This document shows, piece by piece, positions 9,468-17,702 of a DNA stretch of 64,000 nt. The first letter of the stretch is position 1, and each line of letters opens with the position of its first letter. Source of the DNA: a virus; the IMG/VR virus record IMGVR_UViG_3300030419_007002, positions 1 through 64,000 of that record; one strand, 5' to 3'. The notes beneath the pieces were generated by a model. The model saw only the letters and a program-made list of their open reading frames with translations. It was not told the DNA's origin and did not search any database. A program made the position numbers and the translations under genes.

Positions 9468-10386
9468 CTATTAAATCTCCATAAAATAACTTAAATAAGT
9501 AAGTTACTTCGTCGGTGAAGTGATCTTTCCATCGATCTTTTTTATATTTAAAATTGGCGTGTGAGTCTTCCTTTAGCTGTTTTTTGCTCCAAGAAGCTGT
9601 ATCGAAGTCCCTAGCTTTCTCGAGCACTGAGTCGTGCATTGTTTTGTCTATTTTATAAAAATTTAATAGTTCAATTATAGAGGAGTCAAAGTCCTCCATG
9701 ACTTGTTCAAATTTTATTTCTTTAATTCTGCTCTCTATTAGTGTGCCTTCTCTTATCGCTTCCTTTTTCGCTATGTTCCAGTAGTACATCCGCTTGTAGG
9801 ATTCATGCATTAACACCATCATCTCGTAAACTAGTGCGTCTTCTTTTTTCATGCTATTCAGGGCTTCTTGTTTAGTAAGGCCTTTTGCTGGCAGTAGGTA
9901 TTTCTTGATCGTCTCATCATAGGCCCTGTTTGCTTCTTCGCTTTTTTCTCTTAACCAGTATCTAGGAAAGCATTCTTCCTGCTGTGCGTCGAAGACCCAA
10001 GGCTCTAGTTCTTGGGTACATTTTTTGTGATAAAAATATCCAGAAATGAGCATGTCTCTGGGGTCTCTAACTGAGTGGGTTATGAGGTGCGAATTCTTAT
10101 CAAAATCAAGGAGGGAGAAGTTTATAATGCTGGGTTGGTCTTGTTTAAGGATGTATCTACTGGAGTCTTCGGTGAGATCTGGCAGGCATACCTTGATTCT
10201 TGCAAGCTGCGTGTTGGGTTCTGGGGTGCATGCTTTTTGGCAAGGGGAGTAGTCAGTTATGGAGTGGCAATCTTGGTCTAGTGTGAAAAGGTCTTCCTCG
10301 TTTAATTTTTCAGCTAGGGCTGTCAGGAAGTTCTTAAACAAAACTGTACCGGTTTTGTGGTGGCAAAAATGTATTATATTATTCAT
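9433..10386 (-). CDS. sulfotransferase-fold protein
   Basis: HHKTGT (5'-PSB), RDPRDMLISGYFYH (3'-PB), WKDHFT; likely start MNNIIHF. Confidence 0.75.
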   Translation of the reverse strand: MNNIIHFCHHKTGTVLFKNFLTALAEKLNEEDLFTLDQDCHSITDYSPCQKACTPEPNTQLARIKVCLPDLTEDSSRYILKQDQPSIINFSLLDFDKNSHLITHSVRDPRDMLISGYFYHKKCTQELEPWVFDAQQEECFPRYWLREKSEEANRAYDETIKKYLLPAKGLTKQEALNSMKKEDALVYEMMVLMHESYKRMYYWNIAKKEAIREGTLIESRIKEIKFEQVMEDFDSSIIELLNFYKIDKTMHDSVLEKARDFDTASWSKKQLKEDSHANFKYKKDRWKDHFTDEVTYLFKLFYGDLIVDLGYEKDYNW

Positions 10387-10552
10387 CTTCAGACATAAGA
10401 CCTCTAAGTAATTTAAGATGGTAAACCATCCAGCTTTCTCCCACGGCTTTTTCGCCTTGCCCTTTATCAATTGCGGATTGCTTTTGTTTTAGGTCGTCAA
10501 TTTGGGCTTTCTCTATTATCTGATCGAGAAGCTCTAGGTTTCTGTTCTTCAT
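10379..10552 (-). CDS. hypothetical protein (57 aa)
   Basis: MKNRNLELLDQIIEKAQ...GESWMVYHLKLLRGLMSEDE; fills the gap. Confidence 0.6.
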   Translation of the reverse strand: MKNRNLELLDQIIEKAQIDDLKQKQSAIDKGQGEKAVGESWMVYHLKLLRGLMSEDE

Positions 10553-10556
10553 ACTG

Positions 10557-11288
10557 CTATATATCCTGTAATAACTTTAAGGTCTCGTTCGGGTTGTCTA
10601 CCTGAAAGAAAACTCCATCTTTATTTTCAAGTAGATCTAAGACTATATCATAATCATTGCCGCCTTTAAAGCATTTATCTCCTACGAATATTATTTCGCC
10701 GCCTAGGTTGTCTCTTACCCATCTGCTGGCTAGGGATTTATTGTTGCCCTTTGGCTGTATGTCTATGCTAATTTGTCCTCCTAGCCTAGCTTCCAATTCT
10801 GGAAAGTTTTCTTCTATTTCCTTTGCGATGGACTCCCTCTCTCCGTTTTCTTGATCCCACTTGTAATATTTTAATCTTTCTTCTTTTTCAGCTGACCTGC
10901 CTAGGGTGGTAAAATTAACCATTCCAGATCTTTCTTCAAAGATGGGGCCTCTACCACCAAGTTTAGCTTTCACAGGGAAGCTTCCGTACATTTGGCGAGA
11001 TATTAGTAATTCCTTTAGCTGGAAAGGTAATTGAAAATCATTTTTATAAACTAATTCTTGATCTTTCCAGAATTCATTACCCATACAGCAAAATATGCCC
11101 TCCAGTCTATTTAAAACGCTAGAAGGTATTTGTTTCTGTATTTTCTCTAAGTTGCTTCCTGCCGCCAAAAAAACTCGCTTGCTTGCCATCCACCCTAGGA
11201 AGGGCATTGCGAAACTTGAATCCATTTTTTCTAATGGGTTAGTTAATGTGCCGTCTACATCAAAAAGGTAAGTTATTTGTTTATCCAT
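10557..11288 (-). CDS. HAD-type (eukaryote-like) phosphomannomutase
   Basis: FDVDGTLT, ERSGMVNF..LGR, GGQISIDI.PKG..K, FVGDK...GGNDY. Confidence 0.85.
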   Translation of the reverse strand: MDKQITYLFDVDGTLTNPLEKMDSSFAMPFLGWMASKRVFLAAGSNLEKIQKQIPSSVLNRLEGIFCCMGNEFWKDQELVYKNDFQLPFQLKELLISRQMYGSFPVKAKLGGRGPIFEERSGMVNFTTLGRSAEKEERLKYYKWDQENGERESIAKEIEENFPELEARLGGQISIDIQPKGNNKSLASRWVRDNLGGEIIFVGDKCFKGGNDYDIVLDLLENKDGVFFQVDNPNETLKLLQDI

Positions 11289-11650
11289 ACTCTGTAGCTA
11301 TCTGAATCCATGTGGTAAGTGCTGCTTTCTATTATTTCTGTCTCTTCAAGCGCTTCTATTTGGTGGGGTAGTAATCTATCTACGATATAGCAATCCCCTT
11401 CTTCTAGGATGACGGAAGTAATTTCTGCCGTAACCGTATCTATGGTATTTAACCTAGCCGACCCAGATAATACATAAAAGGTCTCGTGTTTCTGGGAATG
11501 AAAGTGCATTGAGAAGGCGTGACCCTTTTTTACATGCAATATCTTGCCGCAATAGTCATTCTCTTCGTCATTCGCTAACCATAGTTCGTGTCCCCAGATT
11601 TTTTCTACTCTTTTAGCTTTAGTTTTCATTACATCATATATTTTTCCCAC
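11273..11650 (-). CDS. cupin (mannose-6-phosphate isomerase type II-like)
   Basis: KIWGHE, SMHFH..KHETFYVLSG, PHQI. Confidence 0.75.
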   Translation of the reverse strand: MGKIYDVMKTKAKRVEKIWGHELWLANDEENDYCGKILHVKKGHAFSMHFHSQKHETFYVLSGSARLNTIDTVTAEITSVILEEGDCYIVDRLLPHQIEALEETEIIESSTYHMDSDSYRVWINK

Positions 11651-12411
11651 ATCGTTGCGTACTCATTATAATCCATGTTATACTCAAAAAAATCAAGTTC
11701 TAGATCGTGTTTTTTTCTTATTCGACCTCTCGCTTTTTCTGTTTTTAAAATAGAACTAACATGCGGCCTTTTATCTAGAGGCCTTGATTCGTTTTCTCTG
11801 CTTAGGGTTAAATTTGGTAACCCAATTTTGCCACAAAGATATGAAAAGTCTAGTCTCAGGCTGTCGTACTTCCCGATAAAATCTAAGTCTGTTTTAATGT
11901 CGAGGTTGCCGAGCGGGTCTGTTGTCTGGTTCTGTTTTTTGTCTACGCATAAAAAATCTAATAAATTATATTCCCAGCTATAATTTGAATTTATATATTG
12001 GTCAAAACTCATTTTTTTTATTTCTCTGTATTGTTCAATATAGCCTTCTGGTGAGGGGTCCCATTTGCCTTTGCTTTTCATCCACCAAAAGTAAAGAGAT
12101 AGGTATATGTCGTAAGGATTTCTCACAAAAGAAAATTTAAAGTATTGGTTCCATCTTCTAGTTCCGACGTGTCTTTTAGCCCATACTGCAGTGGAGTGCT
12201 TCCATGGTAGGCGCCCTTGCTCGTGTCTTTGTCCTGATCCACCTTTGAGGTTTTTGCTGCGATTATTATCCGAGAGTATTTCGTGATCATGGGTGTAGCC
12301 ATATACTTCATCTTTTTCACCTAAGTAGGGTAGGAGGGATCTCGCTATAGAGGTGCCGCCTGTTCGATGTATGTGCAAAAAAATAAAATTATGTTTATGA
12401 GAAATAATCAT
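11629..12411 (-). CDS. sulfotransferase family 2 protein
   Basis: MIISHKHNFIFLHIHRTGGTS, FSFVRNPYD..LSLY, DFIGKY. Confidence 0.8.
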   Translation of the reverse strand: MIISHKHNFIFLHIHRTGGTSIARSLLPYLGEKDEVYGYTHDHEILSDNNRSKNLKGGSGQRHEQGRLPWKHSTAVWAKRHVGTRRWNQYFKFSFVRNPYDIYLSLYFWWMKSKGKWDPSPEGYIEQYREIKKMSFDQYINSNYSWEYNLLDFLCVDKKQNQTTDPLGNLDIKTDLDFIGKYDSLRLDFSYLCGKIGLPNLTLSRENESRPLDKRPHVSSILKTEKARGRIRKKHDLELDFFEYNMDYNEYATMWEKYMM

Positions 12412-13496
12412 AACTGTTTATACGTCTCTGAATCTATGAAATCTTTTAAGAAAATGTCTGGCTTTAGTTTTTCTCTGATTGAGAAGTTCTTTAAGTATTC
12501 ATTGGTCTTTTTAATTAAGTCTAGATCAGAAGCTTTTCGGGCTGCGTCCTCTAGCGAATCAAAGTAAAATGGATATTCTGCCCCTAAATATTCTTCTACG
12601 GGTGGTATGCGGTTAATTAATAGCGGAGTGCATCTAGCCATCGATTCTATAACTGCGTTGTTCGCACTGGAATCATACATATCTAGGAAGGCTATGTTAT
12701 CTACGAATAGTTCGTCATAATCTTCATTGGGTATTCTATTGAGTTCTTCTACGTAGTTGTATTGATCCGTGCCGTAAATACCCCAAGCTGATCTGAGCCA
12801 AGTCTCATTCTTGAACTCTTCGGCTTTAAGCTGCTTGAAGAAGTCGTGCGCTTGGGTTCCTTTCTTGAATGGGAGGACTCTGGTTTTTGTGTACAAGTTC
12901 TTAGGTACTGGCAGTACATCTATAGAATTTATTTTCCTCAACCAATATCCAACATTAATTATCCTTTTGTTTTCGTTAGATTTAAATTTATCAAAATCAA
13001 ACTGTGAGTCGGGTATTTCTGATGGGTGGAATAGGGAAGAAACTGTTTTTCCTGTTTTTTCCCTGAGGAAATCTGCGTGACTTTCTGAGAGCGTCCATAG
13101 CCCCAAACAATAATCTAGACTATATTTGAAAGCGTCACTTTTGACTATCTCTTTGCCTGCGTATAGCTCCCCGCAGAACCAGTCCGGATGACGATTCGGT
13201 ATAGAGGCTGGGTTATGGAGGAAGCCGCACCATGGCTTTTTAAAAGGTAAAATTCCTTTTCTTTCGTATTCGTCTTTTCTCCAACAGAATAAGTCCTCTA
13301 GAAAACCGTGAAAGTAGACGCCTTGATCGTTGTGGATGGGTTTTAGAGCTCTCATGGCATACGCCCAACCGCTCCTATGAGAGGAAAATGTTACTTGAGT
13401 TCCTAGGTTTATTTTTCCTTCTGGGTTAGAGGGTATTAGGTAGGTGGTATCGTCCTGCCCAAAGGAATTAACTGATTTTACTCTTTCGTCTTCCAT
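12408..13496 (-). CDS. glycosyltransferase-like (GT-B) protein
   Basis: GYWLRK, SANNAVIESMARCTPLLIN, EYLG. Confidence 0.55.
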   Translation of the reverse strand: MEDERVKSVNSFGQDDTTYLIPSNPEGKINLGTQVTFSSHRSGWAYAMRALKPIHNDQGVYFHGFLEDLFCWRKDEYERKGILPFKKPWCGFLHNPASIPNRHPDWFCGELYAGKEIVKSDAFKYSLDYCLGLWTLSESHADFLREKTGKTVSSLFHPSEIPDSQFDFDKFKSNENKRIINVGYWLRKINSIDVLPVPKNLYTKTRVLPFKKGTQAHDFFKQLKAEEFKNETWLRSAWGIYGTDQYNYVEELNRIPNEDYDELFVDNIAFLDMYDSSANNAVIESMARCTPLLINRIPPVEEYLGAEYPFYFDSLEDAARKASDLDLIKKTNEYLKNFSIREKLKPDIFLKDFIDSETYKQL

Positions 13497-13550
13497 TTTT
13501 CTTCTTAAGTATTTTATGTCGAAAGAGGGGCTTAATCAAAAAATAATAAT

Positions 13551-13603
13551 ATATCGTCCACCCTGAACAAAATTTCCTTCGCGGTTGAAAAATCATTTTT
13601 TTT
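13551..13603. repeat. copy 1 of a ~53-bp intergenic repeat
   Basis: ATATCGTCCACCCTGAA..AAA..TTCCTT.GCGGTT..AAATCATTTTTT, also at 15822. Confidence 0.85.
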
Positions 13604-13604
13604 T

Positions 13605-13632
13605 AAAAAAAAACCGATCCAAAAGGACCGGC
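13605..13632 (-). terminator. intrinsic terminator
   Basis: GCCGGTCC-TTTT-GGATCGGT followed by a T run. Confidence 0.8.
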
Positions 13633-13744
13633 TTTATTTTAATGCTCAGAGTTTATGAAAACTAAGAGAGCTAAGCAGGAACGACCCAATCCCCGCCTAT
13701 TCTGAACTCGCTCACTTGTCTCATAAGGGCCTCTTTGTTAGAGT
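13605..13744 (-). ncRNA. candidate ~140-nt structured RNA with predicted double pseudoknot
   Basis: TTGGAG-18-TATAAT upstream, nested helices, two cross-pairings, terminator; no ORF. Confidence 0.6.
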
Positions 13745-13784
13745 GTATATTATATCTCTGAGGTTTGTTTTTCTCCAACCTTTT

Positions 13785-13985
13785 TTACTCTTGGGGTTGG
13801 CCAGCTAGGTCTTTCGTGGCTGTAACTGGGGTTGGAGTTTCTTGCTCTAGCGCTACATCATTAAGTTTAACGATAGCGTAGGTGGTTAAACCAAAGTTAA
13901 GGGTTAGGAGCAACAATGCTAGTCGCGCATAAACGGTCTTAACTGTGGTGAGTTTGTTTGTTTTATTATTTTCTTCTTTATTCAT
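13785..13985 (-). CDS. small single-TM protein
   Basis: Hydrophobic LALLLLTLNFGLTTYAIV; TTGACA promoter upstream. Confidence 0.65.
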   Translation of the reverse strand: MNKEENNKTNKLTTVKTVYARLALLLLTLNFGLTTYAIVKLNDVALEQETPTPVTATKDLAGQPQE

Positions 13986-14029
13986 TGTTTGAAGTCTATA
14001 TTATCACATAATGATGATTATGTCAAATA

Positions 14030-14353
14030 TTAATTTACTTTAATGCTCACCCCCTTGTCTTTTTCGTTCTTAATAAATTTAATATGCAATAAACCATCTT
14101 CATACCTCGTCAGGGTGGCTGATGCGTCTGCTTTGCTGGGGATTGATAAATATCTTGAGTAGGATTTATCATCTTGTTTAGCTGATACATGTAATAATCC
14201 ATCTTCAGCTTTGATTTTAATGTTTTCCTTTTTGATCCCAGCTAGATTTAGGTTTACTTCATATTGTTCGTGATCTGGCATTGATTTAGAGTAAGCTAAA
14301 TCAAAATCATGCCAAAGGTCGTTGAATAATCTGGTAGTTAATAATGTTTTCAT
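14030..14353 (-). CDS. small heat-shock protein (Hsp20)
   Basis: LNLAGIKKENIKI..EDGLL.VS, YEDGLL.I, I.VN tail; likely start MKTLL. Confidence 0.85.
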   Translation of the reverse strand: MKTLLTTRLFNDLWHDFDLAYSKSMPDHEQYEVNLNLAGIKKENIKIKAEDGLLHVSAKQDDKSYSRYLSIPSKADASATLTRYEDGLLHIKFIKNEKDKGVSIKVN

Positions 14354-14366
14354 ACGTTTTAGTTGA

Positions 14367-14382
14367 AGCAATATGCGTGCCA
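14367..14382 (-). promoter_or_regulatory. sigma54 -24/-12 promoter for Hsp20
   Basis: TGGCACG-CATA-TTGCT, matching the consensus TGGCACG-N4-TTGCW. Confidence 0.8.
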
Positions 14383-14420
14383 AACTATAACGTCTTAAAA
14401 CGAGGCGTTTTGTTTATGGG

Positions 14421-14451
14421 TGTGACTTTGTGTCACAATTTAATTGAGACA
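14421..14451. promoter_or_regulatory. overlapping dyads, putative enhancer-binding-protein sites
   Basis: TGTGAC-N5-GTCACA and TGTCACA-N7-TGAGACA, 40-70 bp upstream of the sigma54 site. Confidence 0.55.
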
Positions 14452-14604
14452 TTACTTCTCTACTAGGTAAAGGTCTTCGTTTTTGCACTTCCGGATGAAC
14501 GTTTCGGCTTGCTCCTTACCTTCCGGGGTGAACGGGAAAACTCCATGTCTATAGTTCTTACTCTTCGATAAAACTAGGTAATATTTCTGCTTCTTACGTG
14601 CCAT
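14452..14604 (-). CDS. hypothetical protein (50 aa)
   Basis: MARKKQKYYLVLSKSKNYRHGVFPFTPEGKEQAETFIRKCKNEDLYLVEK. Confidence 0.6.
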   Translation of the reverse strand: MARKKQKYYLVLSKSKNYRHGVFPFTPEGKEQAETFIRKCKNEDLYLVEK

Positions 14605-14648
14605 ATAGTTTATAATATGGCGAGTCAGGTAAAAACTCTATTATTTTT

Positions 14649-14951
14649 TTAAGATAATTTGTAAACTAACTCGTGAAGCCGGACTTCTGTGAAGATTTCT
14701 GAAGTTAAGTCCTCGATTATTTGATCGAAGGTAAAACCTTCTTCGTCAGCCCATCTCCACTTGTACACATCGATTGTGAAAGCATGAATACCAGATTCTT
14801 CTGTTAGCCCTATTAATCCAAGTTTTGCCTTCGACTTATTCATTAATAGAACACTGCTATCTGATGTAGATTCACGAACCGTGAGTTTGATATTCTCAAA
14901 TTCAGATTGTATGAGGACACTCGCAAGTGCCTCCTTAAGCTCCTTTTTCAT
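14649..14951 (-). CDS. hypothetical protein
   Basis: ORF with GTGTAA motif 11 nt upstream. Confidence 0.7.
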   Translation of the reverse strand: MKKELKEALASVLIQSEFENIKLTVRESTSDSSVLLMNKSKAKLGLIGLTEESGIHAFTIDVYKWRWADEEGFTFDQIIEDLTSEIFTEVRLHELVYKLS

Positions 14952-14970
14952 TCTGTAATAGATTACACTA

Positions 14971-15216
14971 CTACTTCCTCCAGATATCTGGATCTTCTGC
15001 CCTTTTTCTTCTCATGTATTCTCTCTTTTGCTTTCTTCTTCTTTCCTTGTCTGATTCGTCATATCTCTTGCGCGCATTCTTAAGGGCTATTTTGCCTTTT
15101 TCTGACGAAAGATATTTTTTTTGAGCAAAATGAGGGTCATTCTTCTGAGAACTCGTATCCGAAGTATCGGATATCTTCTTTAAACATCGTTTTAACTTTT
15201 TCCTTGGTTTGTTCAT
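14971..15216 (-). CDS. basic hypothetical protein
   Basis: K/R-rich ORF; true start uncertain because of overlap. Confidence 0.5.
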   Translation of the reverse strand: MNKPRKKLKRCLKKISDTSDTSSQKNDPHFAQKKYLSSEKGKIALKNARKRYDESDKERRRKQKREYMRRKRAEDPDIWRK

Positions 15217-15775
15217 CGTAGTATTTAGAATAATGTTCGTGTTCTGATTTGTTTAGGTGGGGTACGTCGGATTCTATTTTTAATCTATCTAATATAGTAG
15301 CTGCATCTTCTGAGAAGTTCTCAAATCGACCTATAAAGTCCATGTCAATTTTTCCGCGTCTATTGATTAGGTATTTGACTTGAGACCAAGCGAAACCCAT
15401 GTGCTCAAAATATAAATTATCTAAAAATTGATTGAAGTCAGAGAGGCTGGAGTGATCTTCTACTTTTCTGAAGAGTGGGCCATCATCCGCATGCAAAAAG
15501 GAATCGGGCTGCAATCTGTGGCTAGAGATTCCCTTTTCGATTGCCACCTCTTTTTCCCAGAAATATAAAGAAACTACTAGGTCCCAAGGGTTCCTGACAA
15601 AGGCAAACTTAAAGTAATCGTTCCATTTTTGTCTGCCGTGAAGGGCCTGTAGCTCTCTGGCGTCTAAAAATGCATCCACCGGGGATTCGTTAACCGGCGA
15701 AATCGCGCTGGCAATAGATGTACCTCCGGTCTTGGGTATATGTATAAAGATAGCCTTATGTTCGTCTGATATCAT
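15137..15775 (-). CDS. sulfotransferase family 2 protein
   Basis: IFIHIPKTGGTS, FAFVRNPWD..VSLY, DFIGRFE, DI..FGYEF. Confidence 0.85.
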   Translation of the reverse strand: MISDEHKAIFIHIPKTGGTSIASAISPVNESPVDAFLDARELQALHGRQKWNDYFKFAFVRNPWDLVVSLYFWEKEVAIEKGISSHRLQPDSFLHADDGPLFRKVEDHSSLSDFNQFLDNLYFEHMGFAWSQVKYLINRRGKIDMDFIGRFENFSEDAATILDRLKIESDVPHLNKSEHEHYSKYYDEQTKEKVKTMFKEDIRYFGYEFSEE

Positions 15776-15821
15776 GTCTATATCTGAGAATGTTTACACA
15801 TTTAAAATCAAAAGTTCCAAT

Positions 15822-15872
15822 ATATCGTCCACCCTGAAAAAAAACTTCCTTGCGGTTCGAAAATCATTTTTT
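15822..15872. repeat. copy 2 of the ~53-bp intergenic repeat
   Basis: ATATCGTCCACCCTGAAAAAAAACTTCCTTGCGGTTCGAAAATCATTTTTT. Confidence 0.85.
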
Positions 15873-16054
15873 CCATAATTCTTTGAAGTTCCTAAATAAA
15901 TGACTTAATATCCATTTAATACAACTTATTTTATTTTTTTGTTTAAGGCATCTAGGTATTACCCTTAGATTTATTTTAATTGAGTCCATTGGGCCCATCT
16001 CCTCGTTTTTCATTGCTCTTTTCTTTCTTTATTTTTTGTAGTCGTAGTGGTAGT

Positions 16055-16825
16055 TCATACTGTCTTAAAATAGTTTTTTTCGTAGTCCCACATAACATCA
16101 TTCATGTCTTGGAAAGTTTCTATCTCACTGTCTTTGTTGCACATGTATTCATACATACTTCTATCCTTTGACCATTTAACTCCGTCCCAAAATTCAAAGC
16201 CAGCAAAGTCTCTTTTGTATATGCAGGTTTTTTCATAACCGGGCATCATGTAAAGGTATTTCATGCCGCAGTCTTTAGCCCATTGCGTTTCTTTTAAGAT
16301 GCTGTACTTACCCAATGAAACGCGGGGCTCGTGGTAGTCCCAGCAGAACTGCAACCCTGTGGCTGCGTTAGCGGTATTATAGGTTCTAACTAATGTCCAA
16401 GCCCTAAGTTCGCCTCGGTCATAATAATGAAAAACCAATTTATTATCTTGGTCTAATTCAACCTGATTTATGGGGCCTCCCTCGCCCAGATCGTCAGTAA
16501 AGCCTCTGTGCTTCATATATTTTTCATATACCTTTTGTATCTCCTCAAGGTCTGTCTCAGAATATTTTTTAATTTTTCTTGTTATTCTTTTGGCTCTTCT
16601 TAGAATCTTTCTGGTTTTTTTATTTTCCACTAAATCATTAACATTCAAGCGAACCTGCCTACCTTGAAACCAGCATCTAGGTTCTTCATCCGCCCATTCA
16701 TCAACAGCCCAACCTGTTTGCAGCGCGTGGTTTTCTTCTTCTGGTTTTACATGTGCATAAGCATTGCAATAAATTATGCTCATGTCTGTCATTTTACCTG
16801 TTATGTGGTGAAAAAATATTTTCAT
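16055..16825 (-). CDS. ATE1/Bpt-like aminoacyl-tRNA--protein transferase
   Basis: L..GW, R+RL, KK.RKILRR, YEKY...R, SLGKYSILKE..WAK..G.KYLY...YE....YK..F. Confidence 0.7.
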   Translation of the reverse strand: MKIFFHHITGKMTDMSIIYCNAYAHVKPEEENHALQTGWAVDEWADEEPRCWFQGRQVRLNVNDLVENKKTRKILRRAKRITRKIKKYSETDLEEIQKVYEKYMKHRGFTDDLGEGGPINQVELDQDNKLVFHYYDRGELRAWTLVRTYNTANAATGLQFCWDYHEPRVSLGKYSILKETQWAKDCGMKYLYMMPGYEKTCIYKRDFAGFEFWDGVKWSKDRSMYEYMCNKDSEIETFQDMNDVMWDYEKNYFKTV

Positions 16826-17064
16826 TTATCTTTTTTCCACGGCCTTGGATTTGTTTGGGGTTTTTCATTGTATGGTATACCGAAAGTTTCATTTCCGCAT
16901 ACTCTCAGGTCGTTAGAATCAAAATGTTTTACATAACCAGAGTCAGAAAGAAATACTACCCAAACGGTATTAAAATCTGGACTATAATCTATAACTAATT
17001 GAGCCCAGCCTTCACCCATAGGGGTTTCAACTGGAATAGGCGGATTCAACTGTATCATACTCAT
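16822..17064 (-). CDS. conserved-looking phage hypothetical protein
   Basis: QLNPPIPVETP.GEGWA..VIDY. Confidence 0.7.
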   Translation of the reverse strand: MSMIQLNPPIPVETPMGEGWAQLVIDYSPDFNTVWVVFLSDSGYVKHFDSNDLRVCGNETFGIPYNEKPQTNPRPWKKDK

Positions 17065-17112
17065 CCTGCATGTAATTACACTACAAAAAACAGGATTACA
17101 TTTCCATCGCGT

Positions 17113-17334
17113 TTACTCTTCGGTATATTCTCTTTGAAAAATCTTAACGTCAGTTCTTCTGTCTTCTATGAAACCTTCGTCGTATAAATACTGTATCATA
17201 GATAAACAAAATGCTTCGTCGACTCGTTTTTGGGGGTCGTAAATATTTATTATTTTAGTCGCCCAATGATCAGTCTTTGAGAGACTATCCCTATGCTTAA
17301 TTTCTATATAAAATCCTAGATAAAGCATGGTCAA
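17113..17334 (-). CDS. hypothetical protein
   Basis: YLYDEGFI; divergent GTGTAA motif upstream. Confidence 0.6.
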   Translation of the reverse strand: MTMLYLGFYIEIKHRDSLSKTDHWATKIINIYDPQKRVDEAFCLSMIQYLYDEGFIEDRRTDVKIFQREYTEE

Positions 17335-17348
17335 TATTCTATTATAAA

Positions 17349-17366
17349 TTACACTGCCATGTGTAA
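17349..17366. promoter_or_regulatory. back-to-back GTGTAA motifs (putative phage promoter)
   Basis: TTACAC-tgccat-GTGTAA between divergent genes. Confidence 0.6.
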
Positions 17367-17372
17367 TTATAT

Positions 17373-17702
17373 GTGATGAATTTAATTATCGTGGACGAAC
17401 TTAGCTCGGACCCACCCTCTGAGGGTTTGTACTTCCGTTTTTTAACCATGGTGGCAAAAAAAGATTTAAATTACGACGTTTTGCTAGAGTCTGAGTCAGA
17501 AATGGTAGATATAAATTGGAAATTTCTAAAAAAGAGGGGCTGGTTTGATTTCGTGGATGACATTATTGTTCCCGAATGGAGGTTGGAGGGCGTCCGGGTC
17601 GATACAGATATTAATTATCCTATGACCATAAGAACTCCATACATTAGATGCGAAAATACACCTAACTTATTGGGGCAAATCAAAAGCTTAAGGGATATTT
17701 AG
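17373..17702 (+). CDS. hypothetical protein
   Basis: ORF after a GTGTAA motif. Confidence 0.7.
   Translation: MMNLIIVDELSSDPPSEGLYFRFLTMVAKKDLNYDVLLESESEMVDINWKFLKKRGWFDFVDDIIVPEWRLEGVRVDTDINYPMTIRTPYIRCENTPNLLGQIKSLRDI

Noticed and set aside
6073-14383. Extended starts in the ORF track (7689, 10470, 14383; also 1337)
   Set aside because: They overlap upstream genes or promoters; downstream ATGs fit the family N-termini better
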